This document shows positions 9,333 through 19,088 of a stretch of 64,000 nt of DNA, one piece after another. Source of the DNA: Bacteriovoracia bacterium. GTDB lineage: Bacteria; Bdellovibrionota; UBA1018; JBFWNL01. Location: assembly GCA_050251055.1 (NCBI GenBank), contig JBFWNL010000002.1, forward strand, positions 448,001 through 512,000, in the 5' to 3' direction. Under the pieces are notes generated by a model, which was given only the letters and a program-made list of their open reading frames with translations, ran no database searches and was not told the DNA's origin. The first letter of the stretch is position 1. Every line of letters starts with the position of its first letter. The translations under genes and the position numbers were made by a program.

Positions 9333-10565
9333 GTGGTCACCTTCGTTGCCATCGGCGTGGCGATGTTCGTGCACTCCACGCTGCTTCTTGTCTTCAGCTT
9401 GGCCTACCTGGGACCCATGCTGCTATTCAGCCGAAAGCTGACGAAAAAGCGCCTGGCCAAGCGCAAGATCTACTTTATGGCGACGATCTTGGCGTACTTC
9501 ACGATCGTGGTTTGCGTTACCGGCGCCCTTAGCTCACCCTTCGTGCTGCTATTCGTGGTCTACGCCCAAATCGCCGCCTCTTTTTACAACGGGCGCCGCG
9601 CCTGGTTCTGGCTAGGGCTGGCGGGCGTGGGGCTCACCATCGTTTTCGCCACCGGCGTTTCCGGGATGGACCTTCGGGACTACCCTCGCCTCGCGGATAA
9701 CGAACGCTCCACCTTAAGCTTGATCATTGCCATGCTGGTTGCCCTCTCGGTTTCCCTGCGTACGAACATTTTCCGAAAGTTTCTCACGAAAACGTACGAC
9801 CAAATCGCCGATCAGCACGCGAAGCTCGCCGCGCAGGCGCGGATGGCGACCTTGGGTGAAATGGCCAGCGGCATCGCGCACGAGATCAACAACCCGCTCT
9901 CCATCATCATGGTGAAGCTCGACCTACTTAAGTCTTCCGCCCAAAAAGGCGTCCTCACCCCGGATCAACTCACCGACAATCTGGACCGTTTGCAGGCCAC
10001 GACCGACCGCATCTCCCGCATCGTAAAGGGGCTGCGCGCATTCTCCCGCGACAGCCGTCAGGATCCGTTCGAACCCACCCAAATACGCGCGGTGGTGCAA
10101 GAGTGCCTGGATCTCTGCGGCGAGAAAATCAAGCTACTGGGCGTGGACCTACGCGTGAAGTGCGAAACGGACTCCGAATTCGAATCCCGCCCCGGTCAGA
10201 TCATGCAGGTACTTATGAACTTGCTGGTGAACTCCTTCGATGCGGTGGAAAACCTGCCCGACCGGTGGGTGGAGATCGAGGCGCGCGACCTGGGAGGGTG
10301 GCTAGAGCTACGCGTGACCGATAGCGGAAAGGGAATTCCCGCGGAAGTGGCCCAGAAGATGATGCAGCCTTTTTACACCACGAAGGAAGCCGGGCGCGGC
10401 ACGGGCCTGGGGCTGGCCATCTCGCGCGCGCTCGTGGAGAATCACCGCGGTGAAATCACGCTTGACGAGAAACACCCCCACACGCGCTTCGTGATCCGGT
10501 TGCCGAAGCACCAGCCCTTGACCCAAAAAAAGTCGCCGCGGACCGAGCTATCCCTGTTTACCTGA
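9333..10565 (+). CDS. Membrane sensor histidine kinase
   Basis: Several TM helices; H-box IAHEINNPL, N-box NLLVNS, G1 DSGKGI, F-box PFYTTK, G2 GTGLGL; true start may be upstream. Confidence 0.9.
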   Translation: MVTFVAIGVAMFVHSTLLLVFSLAYLGPMLLFSRKLTKKRLAKRKIYFMATILAYFTIVVCVTGALSSPFVLLFVVYAQIAASFYNGRRAWFWLGLAGVGLTIVFATGVSGMDLRDYPRLADNERSTLSLIIAMLVALSVSLRTNIFRKFLTKTYDQIADQHAKLAAQARMATLGEMASGIAHEINNPLSIIMVKLDLLKSSAQKGVLTPDQLTDNLDRLQATTDRISRIVKGLRAFSRDSRQDPFEPTQIRAVVQECLDLCGEKIKLLGVDLRVKCETDSEFESRPGQIMQVLMNLLVNSFDAVENLPDRWVEIEARDLGGWLELRVTDSGKGIPAEVAQKMMQPFYTTKEAGRGTGLGLAISRALVENHRGEITLDEKHPHTRFVIRLPKHQPLTQKKSPRTELSLFT

Positions 10566-11060
10566 AGCTTCGCGAGACGGGCGGCGCACAGCGAGCGTGT
10601 TGGCCATCACGTCATGCAAGGCCTGTTTACGCGGATGAAAAAGCGCCATGAGGTAGCCAATACCCATGAGCGCCGAAGAAACAAAGTAGCCCACGGTGCG
10701 CACGCAGCTGCGCCCCAGCGACGGAAACTTACCGGTGTCCGCGTCCACCACGTAGATTTTGAACGGGTACTTGCCGAGCGTGGTGCCCCACCGGGAATGC
10801 GCATAACTGTAGTAAGCCATGGCCACAATGAGGTAGAAAATCAGGATCCAGATCTGCTGCCAAAGCGGGCTGATTTCGATCGGCAACGCGAAAAATGGCA
10901 GGGCCACGACCCACGAGACCAGCATCAGCAGCAGCTCGTCGACGATGGACGAGACCGCGCGCAGGAAAAAACTCGCCAAGCGGGGCCGATCTTTCCCAGA
11001 AAAAATAGTTAAGTGTTCGCCAGGCTTAAGCTGGACCTTGATCTCAACTTCCGTGCTCAC
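10548..11060 (-). CDS. RDD family protein
   Basis: LASFFLRAVSSIVD, GTTLGK, KQALHDVMANT motifs; GTG start overlaps the upstream stop (GTGA). Confidence 0.85.
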   Translation of the reverse strand: MSTEVEIKVQLKPGEHLTIFSGKDRPRLASFFLRAVSSIVDELLLMLVSWVVALPFFALPIEISPLWQQIWILIFYLIVAMAYYSYAHSRWGTTLGKYPFKIYVVDADTGKFPSLGRSCVRTVGYFVSSALMGIGYLMALFHPRKQALHDVMANTLAVRRPSREASGKQG

Positions 11061-11965
11061 GTGGTTTTCTCCCGGCGGATGGAAATCAAAAGCCCGGTGA
11101 ATATGAGCAAGCTCGAGCACACCGTGCGCAACGTGATGGCCTGGCCGAACCAGATCCACGCGAGCAATGCCGCCACCACCGGCTGCACGTAGACCCAAAG
11201 CGCGACCTGCGAGGGCTTGGCGTAAGCGAGCGCCCAGTTATTCAGGAAATACGCGAGCAAGGTGCCGCAAAGGATGGCGTAAGCCGCGCACCACCACAGC
11301 TCCGTCGTCATGACCGGGAACTTGAAATCCAGGTAAAACGGGAACGCGAGCGTAGTGAGCCCAACGCTGCCGTACGCGAAAAGCCACGCCGTGCCCCACA
11401 AGCGATCGTGCCTTTCAAAGAACGACTTACCGTAGGACAGAAAGAAGGCGAAAGAGAGACAGTTTAAGATCGTGAGCAGGTCGCCCTTGAGCGTTTCATT
11501 CGAGAGCGTGAAGTCTTCCACCTTCCGCAGCGCGAGCACCCCCACGAGGGCGAAGGCAAAGCCCACGGCGCGCCGACGCGTGAGCGGCTCCTGCCCGCGC
11601 AAGGTCACGACCAAAAGCGTGAAGATTGGGATGAGGGTATTCAGAATCGCGCTATTGGTCGGCGTGGTGTAGCGCAGCCCGACGAGGAAGCTGCCTTGAT
11701 TGATGATCGTGCCCAGGAGCGCGAGCCCGATGAGCGGCAGGAAAAACCCCTTCGCGCCGCCCGTGGGATGCGGGCGCTTGGAGAGAATCGCCACCGAGAA
11801 GAGCACGGCGGCCGAAATGATGATGCGGATGCTGGCCCACAGCAGCGGCGGAAACTCGCTCACGACGACTTTGGAGAAGACGTAGTTCAACCCGAACAGC
11901 ACCTGCACCGCGAGCAAAGCGGCCATGACCAACAGAGGCGGAGGTGTTTTAGAAATCGCTTTCAT
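11057..11965 (-). CDS. DMT/EamA family transporter
   Basis: About 10 TM helices in two EamA repeats. Confidence 0.9.
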   Translation of the reverse strand: MKAISKTPPPLLVMAALLAVQVLFGLNYVFSKVVVSEFPPLLWASIRIIISAAVLFSVAILSKRPHPTGGAKGFFLPLIGLALLGTIINQGSFLVGLRYTTPTNSAILNTLIPIFTLLVVTLRGQEPLTRRRAVGFAFALVGVLALRKVEDFTLSNETLKGDLLTILNCLSFAFFLSYGKSFFERHDRLWGTAWLFAYGSVGLTTLAFPFYLDFKFPVMTTELWWCAAYAILCGTLLAYFLNNWALAYAKPSQVALWVYVQPVVAALLAWIWFGQAITLRTVCSSLLIFTGLLISIRREKTT

Positions 11966-11993
11966 GGGGGGATCCTTTAACAGGATCCAACGG

Positions 11994-13232
11994 TTAGCCG
12001 ATCTTGTCCAGCTCGAAACCCTGGTGTAGGCAGCTAACCGCCTTCTTCGTGTCCGCGCCGGCGATGAGGCAAGAAACCTTGATCTCCGAAGTGGTTACCA
12101 GGCGGATATTGATACCAGCGTCCGCGAGCAGGCGGAACATCTTCGCCGCGACCCCCGGGTGATTTTGCATCCCTACGCCCACGATACTGACCTTCGCGAG
12201 CTCGGCATCCTCGCTGATTTGCATGCCCACGAAGTGGGTCTGCGCGAGCGCCTGGAGAACCTTTTGGGCCTTCAGGTGATCCGTCTTGCCCACCGTGAAG
12301 CTCACCGAAAGCTTTCCTTGCGCCGCGGTGGTTTGCACGATGACGTCCACGACGATCGCGGCCTCCGACAGCGCGCCGAAGATCTGCGCGGCGGTGCCTG
12401 GGGTGTCGGGCAGGTTCTGAAGCGTGAGCTTCACCTGCGCGGGGTCGGCGGCGACTCCCGCCACCACGACTTTTTCCATCTCGCTGCCTAAATCTTCCTT
12501 CGCCACCACGCGCGTACCCTCCGTCCGCTCGAAGCTCGAGCGCACATGCAAATTTACCCGATACTTCGCCGCGATTTCCACGCTGCGAATCTGCAAAACC
12601 TTCGCGCCCAACCCCGCGAACTCCATCATTTCCTCGTAGGAAATCCGCTGGATCTTGCGCGCCTGGGGACAAAGCCGCGGATCGGTCGTGTAGACTCCGT
12701 CCACGTCCGTGTAAATATCGCACTCGTCGGCCTGGATCGCCGCCGCGATCGCCACCGCGCTCGTGTCCGAGCCGCCCCGGCCCAGCGTAGTAATATTGTT
12801 GTCCGAATCGACGCCTTGAAACCCGGCGATGACGGGCGTGATACCGTTTTCAATCTCGCGCTTGAGCAGCGTCGAATCAATCGCCTGGATGCGCGCCTTA
12901 GAAAAAACCGAATCCGTGCGGATGCCGATCTGGTGGCCAAGCAGCCCGCGCGCCACCGTCTTTCCGGCCAAGGTATTGAGCGCTAAGCTCACGAGCCCCA
13001 CCGAAACCTGCTCGCCACTGGCGATGAGCAGATCGTACTCGCGGGAATACGGGATAGGATTGATCTTCGTGGCGAGCTCCACGAGGCGGTTCGTTTCGCC
13101 AGACATCGCCGAAACGACCACGACGATCTGATCGCCCTTCGCGCGTGCGTCCATTACGAGCTTCGCCACTTCCTGGATGCGCTCGATGGAGCCGACCGAC
13201 GTGCCGCCGAATTTTTTAACGATTAGAGCCAT
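11994..13232 (-). CDS. lysC: Aspartate kinase
   Basis: KFGGTS, VVSAM, TLGRGGSDTSA, DVDGVYTTDP motifs and two C-terminal ACT domains. Confidence 0.95.
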   Translation of the reverse strand: MALIVKKFGGTSVGSIERIQEVAKLVMDARAKGDQIVVVVSAMSGETNRLVELATKINPIPYSREYDLLIASGEQVSVGLVSLALNTLAGKTVARGLLGHQIGIRTDSVFSKARIQAIDSTLLKREIENGITPVIAGFQGVDSDNNITTLGRGGSDTSAVAIAAAIQADECDIYTDVDGVYTTDPRLCPQARKIQRISYEEMMEFAGLGAKVLQIRSVEIAAKYRVNLHVRSSFERTEGTRVVAKEDLGSEMEKVVVAGVAADPAQVKLTLQNLPDTPGTAAQIFGALSEAAIVVDVIVQTTAAQGKLSVSFTVGKTDHLKAQKVLQALAQTHFVGMQISEDAELAKVSIVGVGMQNHPGVAAKMFRLLADAGINIRLVTTSEIKVSCLIAGADTKKAVSCLHQGFELDKIG

Positions 13233-13318
13233 TTACCTATCATTATAACGCGTTGCGCTGTTTTTCCAGTTTTTTCTGGCCTTGCCCCCCGACCCGGCCT
13301 TCTTTATAACGGCTTCCT

Positions 13319-14089
13319 ATGTCGAATTCATTCCAAGGCAAGAAGGCCCTGATCGTGGGCGTAGCGAACGAACGAAGTCTCGCCTGGGCCATCGCGGAGC
13401 AGTTAGCCGCGGGCGGGGCTCAGCTGGGGTTCACCTACATGGGCGAGGCCCTCGAGCGCCGCGTGCGCCCACTCGCGGAATCCGTGAAATCGGATCTGAT
13501 CGAACCCTGCGATGTCGCCGACGACGGCCAGATCGACCGGCTATTCGAGAAGGTAAAGGCGAAGTGGGGCACCGTCGACATCCTGATTCACTCCGTAGCC
13601 TTCGCGAATCGCGAAGATCTCGAAGGGTCGTTCACGGCGACCTCCCGCAAAGGCTTCGCCACCGCCATGGATATCAGCGCCTATTCACTCGTCGCGCTCG
13701 CCCAGCGCGCGACGCCGCTGATGCCGAACGGTGGCTCGATTGTCACCCTTTCGTACTACGGCGCCGAGAAGGTCGTGCCGAACTATAACGTCATGGGCGT
13801 AGCCAAAGCGGCGCTCGAAGCCTGCGTGCGCTACCTGGCGTGGGACCTCGGCCCGAAAAAAATCTGCGTGAACGCGATCTCGGCCGGGCCCGTGAAGACG
13901 CTCGCCGCCGCCGGCATCCGCGACTTCCGCACCATGCTCGCCAAAGCCGAGGAGAAAACCCCCCTGCACGAAAACATCAACGCCGAAGACGTCGGCGCGT
14001 TGGCCGCCTTCCTCTGTGGCCCGGGCGGACGCCATATCACCGGCTCCACGATGTACGTCGACAGCGGCGCGCACATTATGGGAGCCTAA
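13319..14089 (+). CDS. fabI: Enoyl-ACP reductase
   Basis: GVANERSLAW, YNVMGVAKAALE, NAISAGPVKTLA motifs. Confidence 0.95.
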   Translation: MSNSFQGKKALIVGVANERSLAWAIAEQLAAGGAQLGFTYMGEALERRVRPLAESVKSDLIEPCDVADDGQIDRLFEKVKAKWGTVDILIHSVAFANREDLEGSFTATSRKGFATAMDISAYSLVALAQRATPLMPNGGSIVTLSYYGAEKVVPNYNVMGVAKAALEACVRYLAWDLGPKKICVNAISAGPVKTLAAAGIRDFRTMLAKAEEKTPLHENINAEDVGALAAFLCGPGGRHITGSTMYVDSGAHIMGA

Positions 14090-14099
14090 GGGGCGCCCC

Positions 14100-15050
14100 A
14101 TGGTGCAAACCGAGCTTCACCGCCACCTCGACGTCTGCACGCGACCCGCGACGCTGCTCGAGCTGCTGCAAGCCCAAGGCCTGGAGCCGCAAAGCACTTC
14201 ACTGGCCGCTTTCCGCGAAAAGACCCTAATTCAGGCTCCGATGAAGGACCTAGCGAGCGTACTGGGGAAGTTCGGGGCATTCCAGCGCGCGCTCCACACT
14301 CCGGATGCGATCGAGCGCGTGGGATTCGAAGCCGTGGAAGACTGTTGGCGCGAGGGCACGCGGGCCGTGGAATTGCGTTTTTCACCTAGCTTCGCCACCG
14401 AGTTCTCCGGCCTTTCCTGGCGGGAGGCGACCGAAAGCTTCGATCGGGGTATCCGGCGAGCTTGCGCCCAGTACGCGGGCATGCGCGCGGGGATGATCTG
14501 CATCGCCACGCGTGATTACGGCGCCGACTCGGTCGCCGAGTCCGTCGAATTCTTCCTTAAAAATCGGGATCTCTTCGTCGGCTTCGACCTGGCCGGCGAC
14601 GAAGCCGCGCACCCCGGAAAAAAATTCGAATCATCGTTCAAGCGCCTACGGCAAGCGGGGGCCCGCATTACGGTTCACTCGGGGGAAGCCTCCGGCCCCG
14701 AGAGCATCTGGGAAGCCCTAGAGTACCTGGGGGCCGAGCGCATTGGCCATGGCGTCGCGTGCGCGCGCGACCCCAAACTGATGGAACACTTGCGCGACCA
14801 GCGGATCTGCCTGGAGATCTGTCCCACCAGCAATTGGCTCGTGGGCATCTTTCCGCGCGTCGAAGACCATGTTCTCCCCAAGCTTCTGCGCGCGGGGGTT
14901 CCGGTCAGCCTCAACACCGACGACCCCGGAATCATGAACGTGACGCTCGCTTCCGAGATCGACGTCTGCCGGAACCGCTTGGGGATGACCCCCGCCGAGA
15001 TCCAGCGCTGCTTCGAATACGCCGCCGCGGCCAGCTTCCTACCTCATTAG
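14100..15050 (+). CDS. add: Adenosine deaminase family protein
   Basis: ELHRHLD, HSGE, RIGHG, CPTSN, NTDDP metal-binding motifs; ATG at 14100. Confidence 0.85.
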   Translation: MVQTELHRHLDVCTRPATLLELLQAQGLEPQSTSLAAFREKTLIQAPMKDLASVLGKFGAFQRALHTPDAIERVGFEAVEDCWREGTRAVELRFSPSFATEFSGLSWREATESFDRGIRRACAQYAGMRAGMICIATRDYGADSVAESVEFFLKNRDLFVGFDLAGDEAAHPGKKFESSFKRLRQAGARITVHSGEASGPESIWEALEYLGAERIGHGVACARDPKLMEHLRDQRICLEICPTSNWLVGIFPRVEDHVLPKLLRAGVPVSLNTDDPGIMNVTLASEIDVCRNRLGMTPAEIQRCFEYAAAASFLPH

Positions 15051-15138
15051 CCCGGCTTATGAACTGCCAATAGAAATTCTTATCGCATAGCAGCATTTTT
15101 TTTATTGTAAGCCGCGAAGGTCGTGGATATATCTAGCC

Positions 15139-15236
15139 CATACCACGGGGACGTCTTTAATCCCCCCACAACATTAAACTCTTCCCGTGGATGTAAAGGA
15201 CTTGATAGCTCAAACTATCAGGTCCTTTATAGTTTC
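15139..15236 (+). ncRNA. Candidate small RNA (two hairpins, C-rich loop)
   Basis: Upstream TTGTAA-N17-TATATC; stem CCACGGG/CCCGTGG plus TTTAAT/ATTAAA with loop CCCCCCACAAC; second 15-bp hairpin. Confidence 0.4.
15194..15236. terminator. Probable bidirectional intrinsic terminator
   Basis: TAAAGGACTTGATAG-ctcaaa-CTATCAGGTCCTTTA, 15-bp stem with one imperfect (G-U) pair, between convergent genes. Confidence 0.6.
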
Positions 15237-15249
15237 TAGGGCTCGATCG

Positions 15250-15912
15250 TCACGGACTGGCTTGCAGGCCCGCGCGAATGTTCCCCACCGCTTCCCGATA
15301 GGTGGGCCCCAAGATCAAAGTCGGCCAGACCACAAGTACGCAAATCAAAAAGACGACGCCCGTCCAGGCTTGAATCCACACGCGCTGAAGCCATTGGCCC
15401 TTCTCGAGCTTCGAATATCGCCACGCACGCAGGAACATGAGGGCAATCAAACTGAAAACTTGCAGCATCAGCAGCGTGAATCGCGACGGATGACCGACGA
15501 TTTTCGAAATGCCGTTGATCACTTCCGGATGGGTGACGGCCTTGAAGTACGCCTGCAGGGCGGGATTCTCCATGACTCGCTTGGCGGTCTCGGCCATTTT
15601 TTGCTGCTCAGGAGTGAGCGACGTGGGCGCGGGGGTCGCAGCCGCGCCGGAAGCGTCCACCACGCCAACCGCCGAACTTCCGGGTGACGTGACGCTCAGT
15701 TCGGCGAGCTTCCGCCGACGCTCTTCGGCCATCTTCTGTAACTCGAGAACCGCGGCATCTTCGGCGGTCAGGGCGCCCGGGCCCGGCGCGGTCGGTGGTG
15801 GCGCCCGCCGGGGAGCCGGCGGATCTACGAACAAAACCTTGCTCTCACGCGCGTCGCCGGTGCCGCCCCAAAAAGCGGCGATCAAAAGAGAAAAGAAAAG
15901 GGCCAGTGGCAT
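15250..15912 (-). CDS. Hypothetical membrane protein
   Basis: Signal peptide, Pro/Ala-rich linker, two C-terminal TM helices. Confidence 0.65.
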   Translation of the reverse strand: MPLALFFSLLIAAFWGGTGDARESKVLFVDPPAPRRAPPPTAPGPGALTAEDAAVLELQKMAEERRRKLAELSVTSPGSSAVGVVDASGAAATPAPTSLTPEQQKMAETAKRVMENPALQAYFKAVTHPEVINGISKIVGHPSRFTLLMLQVFSLIALMFLRAWRYSKLEKGQWLQRVWIQAWTGVVFLICVLVVWPTLILGPTYREAVGNIRAGLQASP

Positions 15913-15963
15913 GCTCTAAAAGCTAACCGACTGGCCCCGTTCGATCAAACACTATGGCGTTAA

Positions 15964-17736
15964 CTACGGCAAGTACGACTGCAACGCGTGCATTTCCGCG
16001 GCGCGCATGATCTCGGCGCGGTGCGGAGCCTTGGCGACATCGCCGTCCACCGCGTCCCGCAACATCACTTCCTTGACGGCGGCCGGAATGTTACGCGCAT
16101 TGGAAGCGAGCGACGGGAGCACGAGTTCTTCGGCGAGCTTCGCGCCTTTCTCGTCACCCAAGCTCTTGATCAGCTCCTGGCGCAGGTGCCAGGCGAACCC
16201 CGCCCAGGCCTGACCGAGCTGGTGAACCGGACCGGTGCCGCTCACCGGGAACTTGTACGTATTGTCGCCCGTGCGAACCTTCGTGCCGGCACCGAGCAAG
16301 TCTTCGCCGATGATGGGCTGACCCGAAACGTAGACCGCGAGCACGTCGCCCCAACCTTCGCTCAAACCACCGTTGGTGATGCCGCCGAAGCCGTCATCCA
16401 CCAAGTGGCCATATTCATGGTACACGACCGTGTCGTAGGCGGAATTCATGCACTCCTTATCGCCCACGTAGTAGTAGTTCTGGCCGCCCGAATACATAGC
16501 GTTGCACGTCATGTCGTTCCGATTGACGTTCACCTGGGTGACCTTCTCGGTATTCTTGTTGGTCAAGCCGCGATCCACGAGGAACTGGTGCACGATGTTC
16601 GTGTGTACATACCCGTTCACCTGCGCCATCGAGTGCTGCGTGCTGTCTTTCGCGTTGAACAAGAACATGGCTTCCGCCGGGCTTTCACCGGCGATCTTGA
16701 GCAGCTGGCCCACGCCAGTCACGATCTTGGCGAATTTACCTTCGAGCGTGCCCGTCACGGGAAGCGATTTCCCCTCTTCGAGCTTGATCTTGAGCTTGCC
16801 ATCCAAGTCGGAAACCATGGCCTGCCCACCGACCGTGAGGTTCAAGTGAGCAATCGTCAGCTCATCGAGCTTGTCGCCAGTTGCCTGGGGATTGAACTTC
16901 ACCCCGCGTCCCAGGACCTGCAGGGACATTTCCCCGAACTCTTCGGCCGGCTCGTATGCATGCTCGGCGTGCTCAAAGTAACCCCGGTTTTCCTTGTGCA
17001 CGGCCCCGCTCTGCACGTCCACGATATAGGCCGTTTTATGACCCTGAAACTGGATATCGTCCCCCATGATCCAACCTTGCCGATACGTCCACTGGCGCTT
17101 GGCTAAGTGGATCGCGGCATCGGCCGTACCGGCCGCTAAACGCGCCCGATCCGCCGACTGCGCGGTCGTTAGCTGCGGAGAGACCTTGCCCGGAGCAGGC
17201 GGATTTTTCGCGAGATTAGCGTCGACGTTCACGATCTTGCCGCCCTTCACCATCACGGTGGTGCCGCAGCCTTCCACCGGAACCCCGTCCACCAGCTGTG
17301 GGTAGAAGACATAGGTCTGAGGCTCGATCATCTGGGCATTCACGCCTTGCTTTTCAGCGCTGCCAAACCGGGCGCCTTTCAGCAGGTTTCCGTAACCGGC
17401 GTCCTTCAACACGGAGAGCGCCTTATCGAGGACTTCCTGGTCAAATTCTTTTGCATCGACCGGATTGTTCAGCTCCACGCTCGCGATTTGTTCGGCGTGA
17501 TTGAGCATGCTCTCCAGCTCGGCCTTGTGGGCATTCGCGTGCGGCACTTCCATCAGCACGGTGTGCGCGCCAGGATTGGCTTTCGCCACCGAAGGCACCG
17601 CCGTCGCCGAAGCGGCCTTGCTTTGCTTAGCGCCTGAATTCCCGTACGCGATCTCGGTCACGCCCGGACTTTGATAAGCGACGACGACCATCGTCACACC
17701 CACTACCGAAAACACCATCCCTAGTGATTTACGCAT
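15964..17736 (-). CDS. Secreted zinc metalloprotease, thermolysin-like (M4/M36 clan) with propeptide
   Basis: Signal/anchor, FTP-like propeptide (Q..DGVPVEG), CNAMY, VVYHEYGH, GGLSEGWGD third ligand, VHQLG. Confidence 0.8.
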   Translation of the reverse strand: MRKSLGMVFSVVGVTMVVVAYQSPGVTEIAYGNSGAKQSKAASATAVPSVAKANPGAHTVLMEVPHANAHKAELESMLNHAEQIASVELNNPVDAKEFDQEVLDKALSVLKDAGYGNLLKGARFGSAEKQGVNAQMIEPQTYVFYPQLVDGVPVEGCGTTVMVKGGKIVNVDANLAKNPPAPGKVSPQLTTAQSADRARLAAGTADAAIHLAKRQWTYRQGWIMGDDIQFQGHKTAYIVDVQSGAVHKENRGYFEHAEHAYEPAEEFGEMSLQVLGRGVKFNPQATGDKLDELTIAHLNLTVGGQAMVSDLDGKLKIKLEEGKSLPVTGTLEGKFAKIVTGVGQLLKIAGESPAEAMFLFNAKDSTQHSMAQVNGYVHTNIVHQFLVDRGLTNKNTEKVTQVNVNRNDMTCNAMYSGGQNYYYVGDKECMNSAYDTVVYHEYGHLVDDGFGGITNGGLSEGWGDVLAVYVSGQPIIGEDLLGAGTKVRTGDNTYKFPVSGTGPVHQLGQAWAGFAWHLRQELIKSLGDEKGAKLAEELVLPSLASNARNIPAAVKEVMLRDAVDGDVAKAPHRAEIMRAAEMHALQSYLP

Positions 17737-17763
17737 CTTTCTATTCCCCCCGGTTAAACTGAA

Positions 17764-18255
17764 TTAGAACTTGATCGAACTTAGGATTTTTTCCACGTCC
17801 ATGCGGGACTGTTCATCCGCGCGAATTTGATACGAGATCTGCATGACCGCCGCCGGCCCCCGGAAAACGTAGATCGAGGTCTTCCCGCGCCATTGCACGA
17901 GATAGCCCGGACGCCCATCGACTTCCGTCGACTGCGGGAGCAGATACGGATGCTTGCTCGCGACGTACGCCTTCAGGTCGTCCAAGCTTTGGACCTGGCC
18001 CAGATCGTGCCGCGTGATGCCGACGTTAGTCGCCAGCTTCGCGTCCACGCCGTCTTCCATGAAACCGACGATCTCGCCCAAATCAAAATTATTCCAGGTG
18101 CGCGGGTACTCGGTCTCGTACCCGCCCAAGGCGCTGCGGAACTTCACGTAACGGGCGTTGCCAATTTCGCCGCCCGCGCGCACTCCGTTCGCCGCGCCCA
18201 AAGCGCCGGCCACAACTAACGAAAACAGTACCAGCTTTCGTGTCCCTGCCTTCAT
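17764..18255 (-). CDS. Secreted hypothetical protein (possible PsbP/Mog1p-like fold)
   Basis: Signal peptide then GGEIGN; YETEYPRTW, EVDGRPG, VEKILSSIKF pattern; ATGA-coupled to the upstream gene. Confidence 0.6.
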   Translation of the reverse strand: MKAGTRKLVLFSLVVAGALGAANGVRAGGEIGNARYVKFRSALGGYETEYPRTWNNFDLGEIVGFMEDGVDAKLATNVGITRHDLGQVQSLDDLKAYVASKHPYLLPQSTEVDGRPGYLVQWRGKTSIYVFRGPAAVMQISYQIRADEQSRMDVEKILSSIKF

Positions 18256-19088
18256 GTCGCTCCCCCTTCTTTCATCATCGTCAGCGGAAAGAAATTCATG
18301 ACCAAATGGTAGACCTCCTCGTTGCCTTCTTTGGCCGAGTAAAGTCGGTTCAATTCCTTGCGAAACTCTTTTAATGATTTTTTGAACTCCGGGATCTTGC
18401 TCTTCGGAAGCGCGATGGTGAGCGCGCTAACTTCACGCTGCTCGATCGCGTCGTTGAAAACCGAGTTAATCCCCAGCTCCATGAACTGCCGATGCAGATC
18501 ACGAATGAGCAGCGAAGAGATTTCATCGGAGGTAGTGATGAGCGGCTCGCTCGGCACAAAACGGCCGCCGTCGCGCTTAATGAACTCGAGCTTCTCGAGC
18601 AGCTCGAGACTCGCCGCCGCTTGCTTCGGAGTGATGCGATGGCGCAGCCGTTGCGCAATCCAGGACGGGTCTTCTGAGAAGTCCTTCAGGAGCGTGAGTT
18701 CCCGGATCGCCCAGTGGTACCAGTGCTTGAGCATCTCGATACGCGCGGTTTGCACCTCGTGCACGGAATTCAAATTCCGCGCGCGGAGCTTGAGGATGTC
18801 TTTGAGGTAGTTGTTCTTGGCCTCGATGTCCTTGCATTCGGCGTAGAGCACGAGGCTGCGGAAATAATCGCTTTCGTGCTTCGAGAGGCTAAGTCCGCGC
18901 ACAAAGCTGGGCAGGTTCGTATCGGTGATGCGGCGCTGGCCGTCGATCACGAGCTTCAGGTAGTTGGGCGAGCCCAACTTCGCCTTGTTGGCGAAAACCC
19001 GGTAAGAGTAAGACGGGTTCACGCTCTTCTGCTGGCGATAGAAATCCCGTAGGTACGCTCGATAATCCGTGTACTCAAATAGCTGCAA
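18252..19088 (-). CDS. TIGR02147 / DUF4423 family protein (HTH-containing)
   Basis: FEYTDYRAYL..FY..K..NPSYSYR.FA, YLKLVIDGQR, WYHWAIREL, EVYHLVMNFFPL; TTG start with AAGGAG RBS. Confidence 0.9.
   Translation of the reverse strand: MQLFEYTDYRAYLRDFYRQQKSVNPSYSYRVFANKAKLGSPNYLKLVIDGQRRITDTNLPSFVRGLSLSKHESDYFRSLVLYAECKDIEAKNNYLKDILKLRARNLNSVHEVQTARIEMLKHWYHWAIRELTLLKDFSEDPSWIAQRLRHRITPKQAAASLELLEKLEFIKRDGGRFVPSEPLITTSDEISSLLIRDLHRQFMELGINSVFNDAIEQREVSALTIALPKSKIPEFKKSLKEFRKELNRLYSAKEGNEEVYHLVMNFFPLTMMKEGGAT

Noticed and set aside
15988-17106. 372-aa plus-strand ORF
   Set aside because: Antisense shadow of the metalloprotease, expected in GC-rich coding DNA
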